Assembly: GCA_017625695.1 (NCBI GenBank)
Contig: JAGAKI010000069.1
Span: 2,228-66,227 of the forward strand
Length of the DNA stretch: 64,000 nucleotides
Direction: 5' to 3'
Origin: Clostridia bacterium
GTDB lineage: Bacteria > Bacillota > Clostridia > UMGS1840
Shown: in pieces, positions 62,789-64,000 of the stretch
Layout: each line of letters starts with the position of its first letter
Position numbering within the stretch: position 1 is the first letter of the stretch
Notes under the pieces: generated by a model
Told to the model about the DNA's origin: nothing
Databases searched by the model: none
Seen by the model: the letters and a program-made list of their open reading frames with translations, nothing else
Made by a program: the position numbers and the translations under genes

Positions 62789-64000
62789 CTAATCAATAAT
62801 TGCATCTGCAGGAAGGTTAAACATGGGAAGAGTACGCCAGGAAGGATAGTAACTCACGTCTGCTACTCTGGTCTTGTCTTCTACACCTGCTTCTGCCATA
62901 ATTCTCTGCGCTGTCGTTTTCCAGGATGTCTGATTGATATAGTTGGTTGCGTAGGTTACACCGGAGGTATCCAAGGGGAAGGTAGCGAATGATTTGGGAT
63001 TACCACCATCAGTATGGTTATATGCGACATAGTTATCATTTAAGTTGACACGTCTTCTTGCAAAGAGCCAAAAGTCACCAGACTGATTTGCCTGCTGTAT
63101 CACGTTGTCAGTCATAGAAATATAACCGGTTGCTTCGTCAAAGTAAACACCGCCACGACGATAATTACCCGGATCAATTAAGTAGTTGTCGTTTAAGTGC
63201 ATGTTCTTCTGGTCGCCTAAAGTGTAAATCTGTGCACCGTCGTCTAACACCTGACAAACCTCTTCAATCTTATTGTAGGAAACAATGTGATTGCCGGTGT
63301 CGTTAGGTTCATAGTAACCCCAGCCCCAACCGATGGAAATACCGGTGTAAGGCAGATATTTGATATCGTTGTGATGAACGTTTGCAGAATCCACATAGTA
63401 AACTGCAACTGCAGGCAGATTCATAAATTCCTGCGCCACACGGCGGAAAATGTTGTTTCCGATTTCAATGTTCTTACAACGGACACCGCCGCCGTAGTTA
63501 CTGTTGTGCAAGTAGTTGGAAACGGAGACGCCTCCGCCGGAGATATCGCGGAAATCACAATTGATAACCTTGGAGTTGGTAACACCTTCCACCAGATACA
63601 TTGCGCTGGAGCCAAGCTCTGCAAATTCACAACCGTCAAACACCAAGGAATCTGCGTAGCTTGCTACAATCTGTGCATGCATCAAATGCTGAGAATAACC
63701 GGTTTCGGTACCGCGGCGGAGTTCGTCTGCCTGATTGTATGCTGCACCATAGGTGGTGGCTTCATCCCAGGCACCGTGACGGAAAGAAACATTCTTAAAT
63801 TCCAGATTTTCCACACGGTTGGAGATATTAGCACCCTGAATGTTCAATAAACCGTCGGTTACTGCACAGTAGGTTTCTGCAGTGGTCATATCCTCATTGG
63901 CATAAGGATAATAATACATTTTGCGGTTGGCTTTGTCAAAATAGAATTCGCCGGGTCTGTCTAAGAGCGCCATTGCGTTTTCCAAGTAGAAGCCTCTGCC
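62789..64000 (-). CDS. beta-helix C-terminal domain of a third paralog (5' part outside window)
   Basis: The reading frame stays open to the window edge (...GRGFYLENAMALLDRPGEFYFDKANRKMYYYPY...). Collinear with the C-terminal 400 aa of paralogs 1 and 2. Confidence 0.8.
   Translation of the reverse strand, partial: GRGFYLENAMALLDRPGEFYFDKANRKMYYYPYANEDMTTAETYCAVTDGLLNIQGANISNRVENLEFKNVSFRHGAWDEATTYGAAYNQADELRRGTETGYSQHLMHAQIVASYADSLVFDGCEFAELGSSAMYLVEGVTNSKVINCDFRDISGGGVSVSNYLHNSNYGGGVRCKNIEIGNNIFRRVAQEFMNLPAVAVYYVDSANVHHNDIKYLPYTGISIGWGWGYYEPNDTGNHIVSYNKIEEVCQVLDDGAQIYTLGDQKNMHLNDNYLIDPGNYRRGGVYFDEATGYISMTDNVIQQANQSGDFWLFARRRVNLNDNYVAYNHTDGGNPKSFATFPLDTSGVTYATNYINQTSWKTTAQRIMAEAGVEDKTRVADVSYYPSWRTLPMFNLPADAIID

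Noticed and set aside
52259-64000. Cohesin/dockerin, LPXTG sortase signal or SLH anchors on the three giant paralogs.
   Set aside because: I looked for DxNxDG Ca-loops, a C-terminal LPXTG plus TM segment, and SLH consensus, and found none. Anchoring therefore remains unexplained and is reported as an open question, not a feature.

Overview
The window looks like chromosome from a spore-forming, SLH-bearing Firmicute. The gene content is Clostridia-type: a dacB-ytfJ-DUF2953-scpB-scpA block, yunB, dnaG-sigA and DUF1385-prmC. I saw no rRNA, tRNA, CRISPR array, transposase or integrase. Roughly two thirds is ordinary housekeeping (hisD, pyrE, nrdR, mnmA, serC-serA, prmC, hisF, htrA, an OPT transporter, pgm, rluB, PBP1A, def and others). 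Four parts are not ordinary. (1) 5.1-10.8 kb holds a 6S-like RNA, about 3.7 copies of a 105-bp tandem repeat, and an orphan phage-type structural module: scaffold, HK97-type capsid, adaptor-like and nozzle-like genes plus a small TM peptide. It has no portal, terminase, integrase or tail genes and sits between mnmA and serC. (2) 13.4-13.6 kb is a structured leader with an internal intrinsic terminator upstream of a surface-protein gene. (3) 22.7-25.3 kb is an XRE repressor gene with two palindromic operators over the promoter of a large NlpC/P60-like + multi-FN3 secreted protein. (4) 42.7-64 kb is an all-minus-strand cell-surface locus and my top candidate for an undescribed system. It has three tandem paralogous giant secreted proteins (1913 aa, about 1532 aa, and a third cut by the window edge). 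These share a C-terminal right-handed beta-helix module but carry different N-terminal arrays of CBM-like repeats. Next to them are two translationally coupled SLH/S-layer-type proteins, a signal-peptide-less GH89 alpha-N-acetylglucosaminidase and a lipoprotein. All calls come from reading the ORF translations and the nucleotide sequence by eye. No database search, alignment program or folding program was run.
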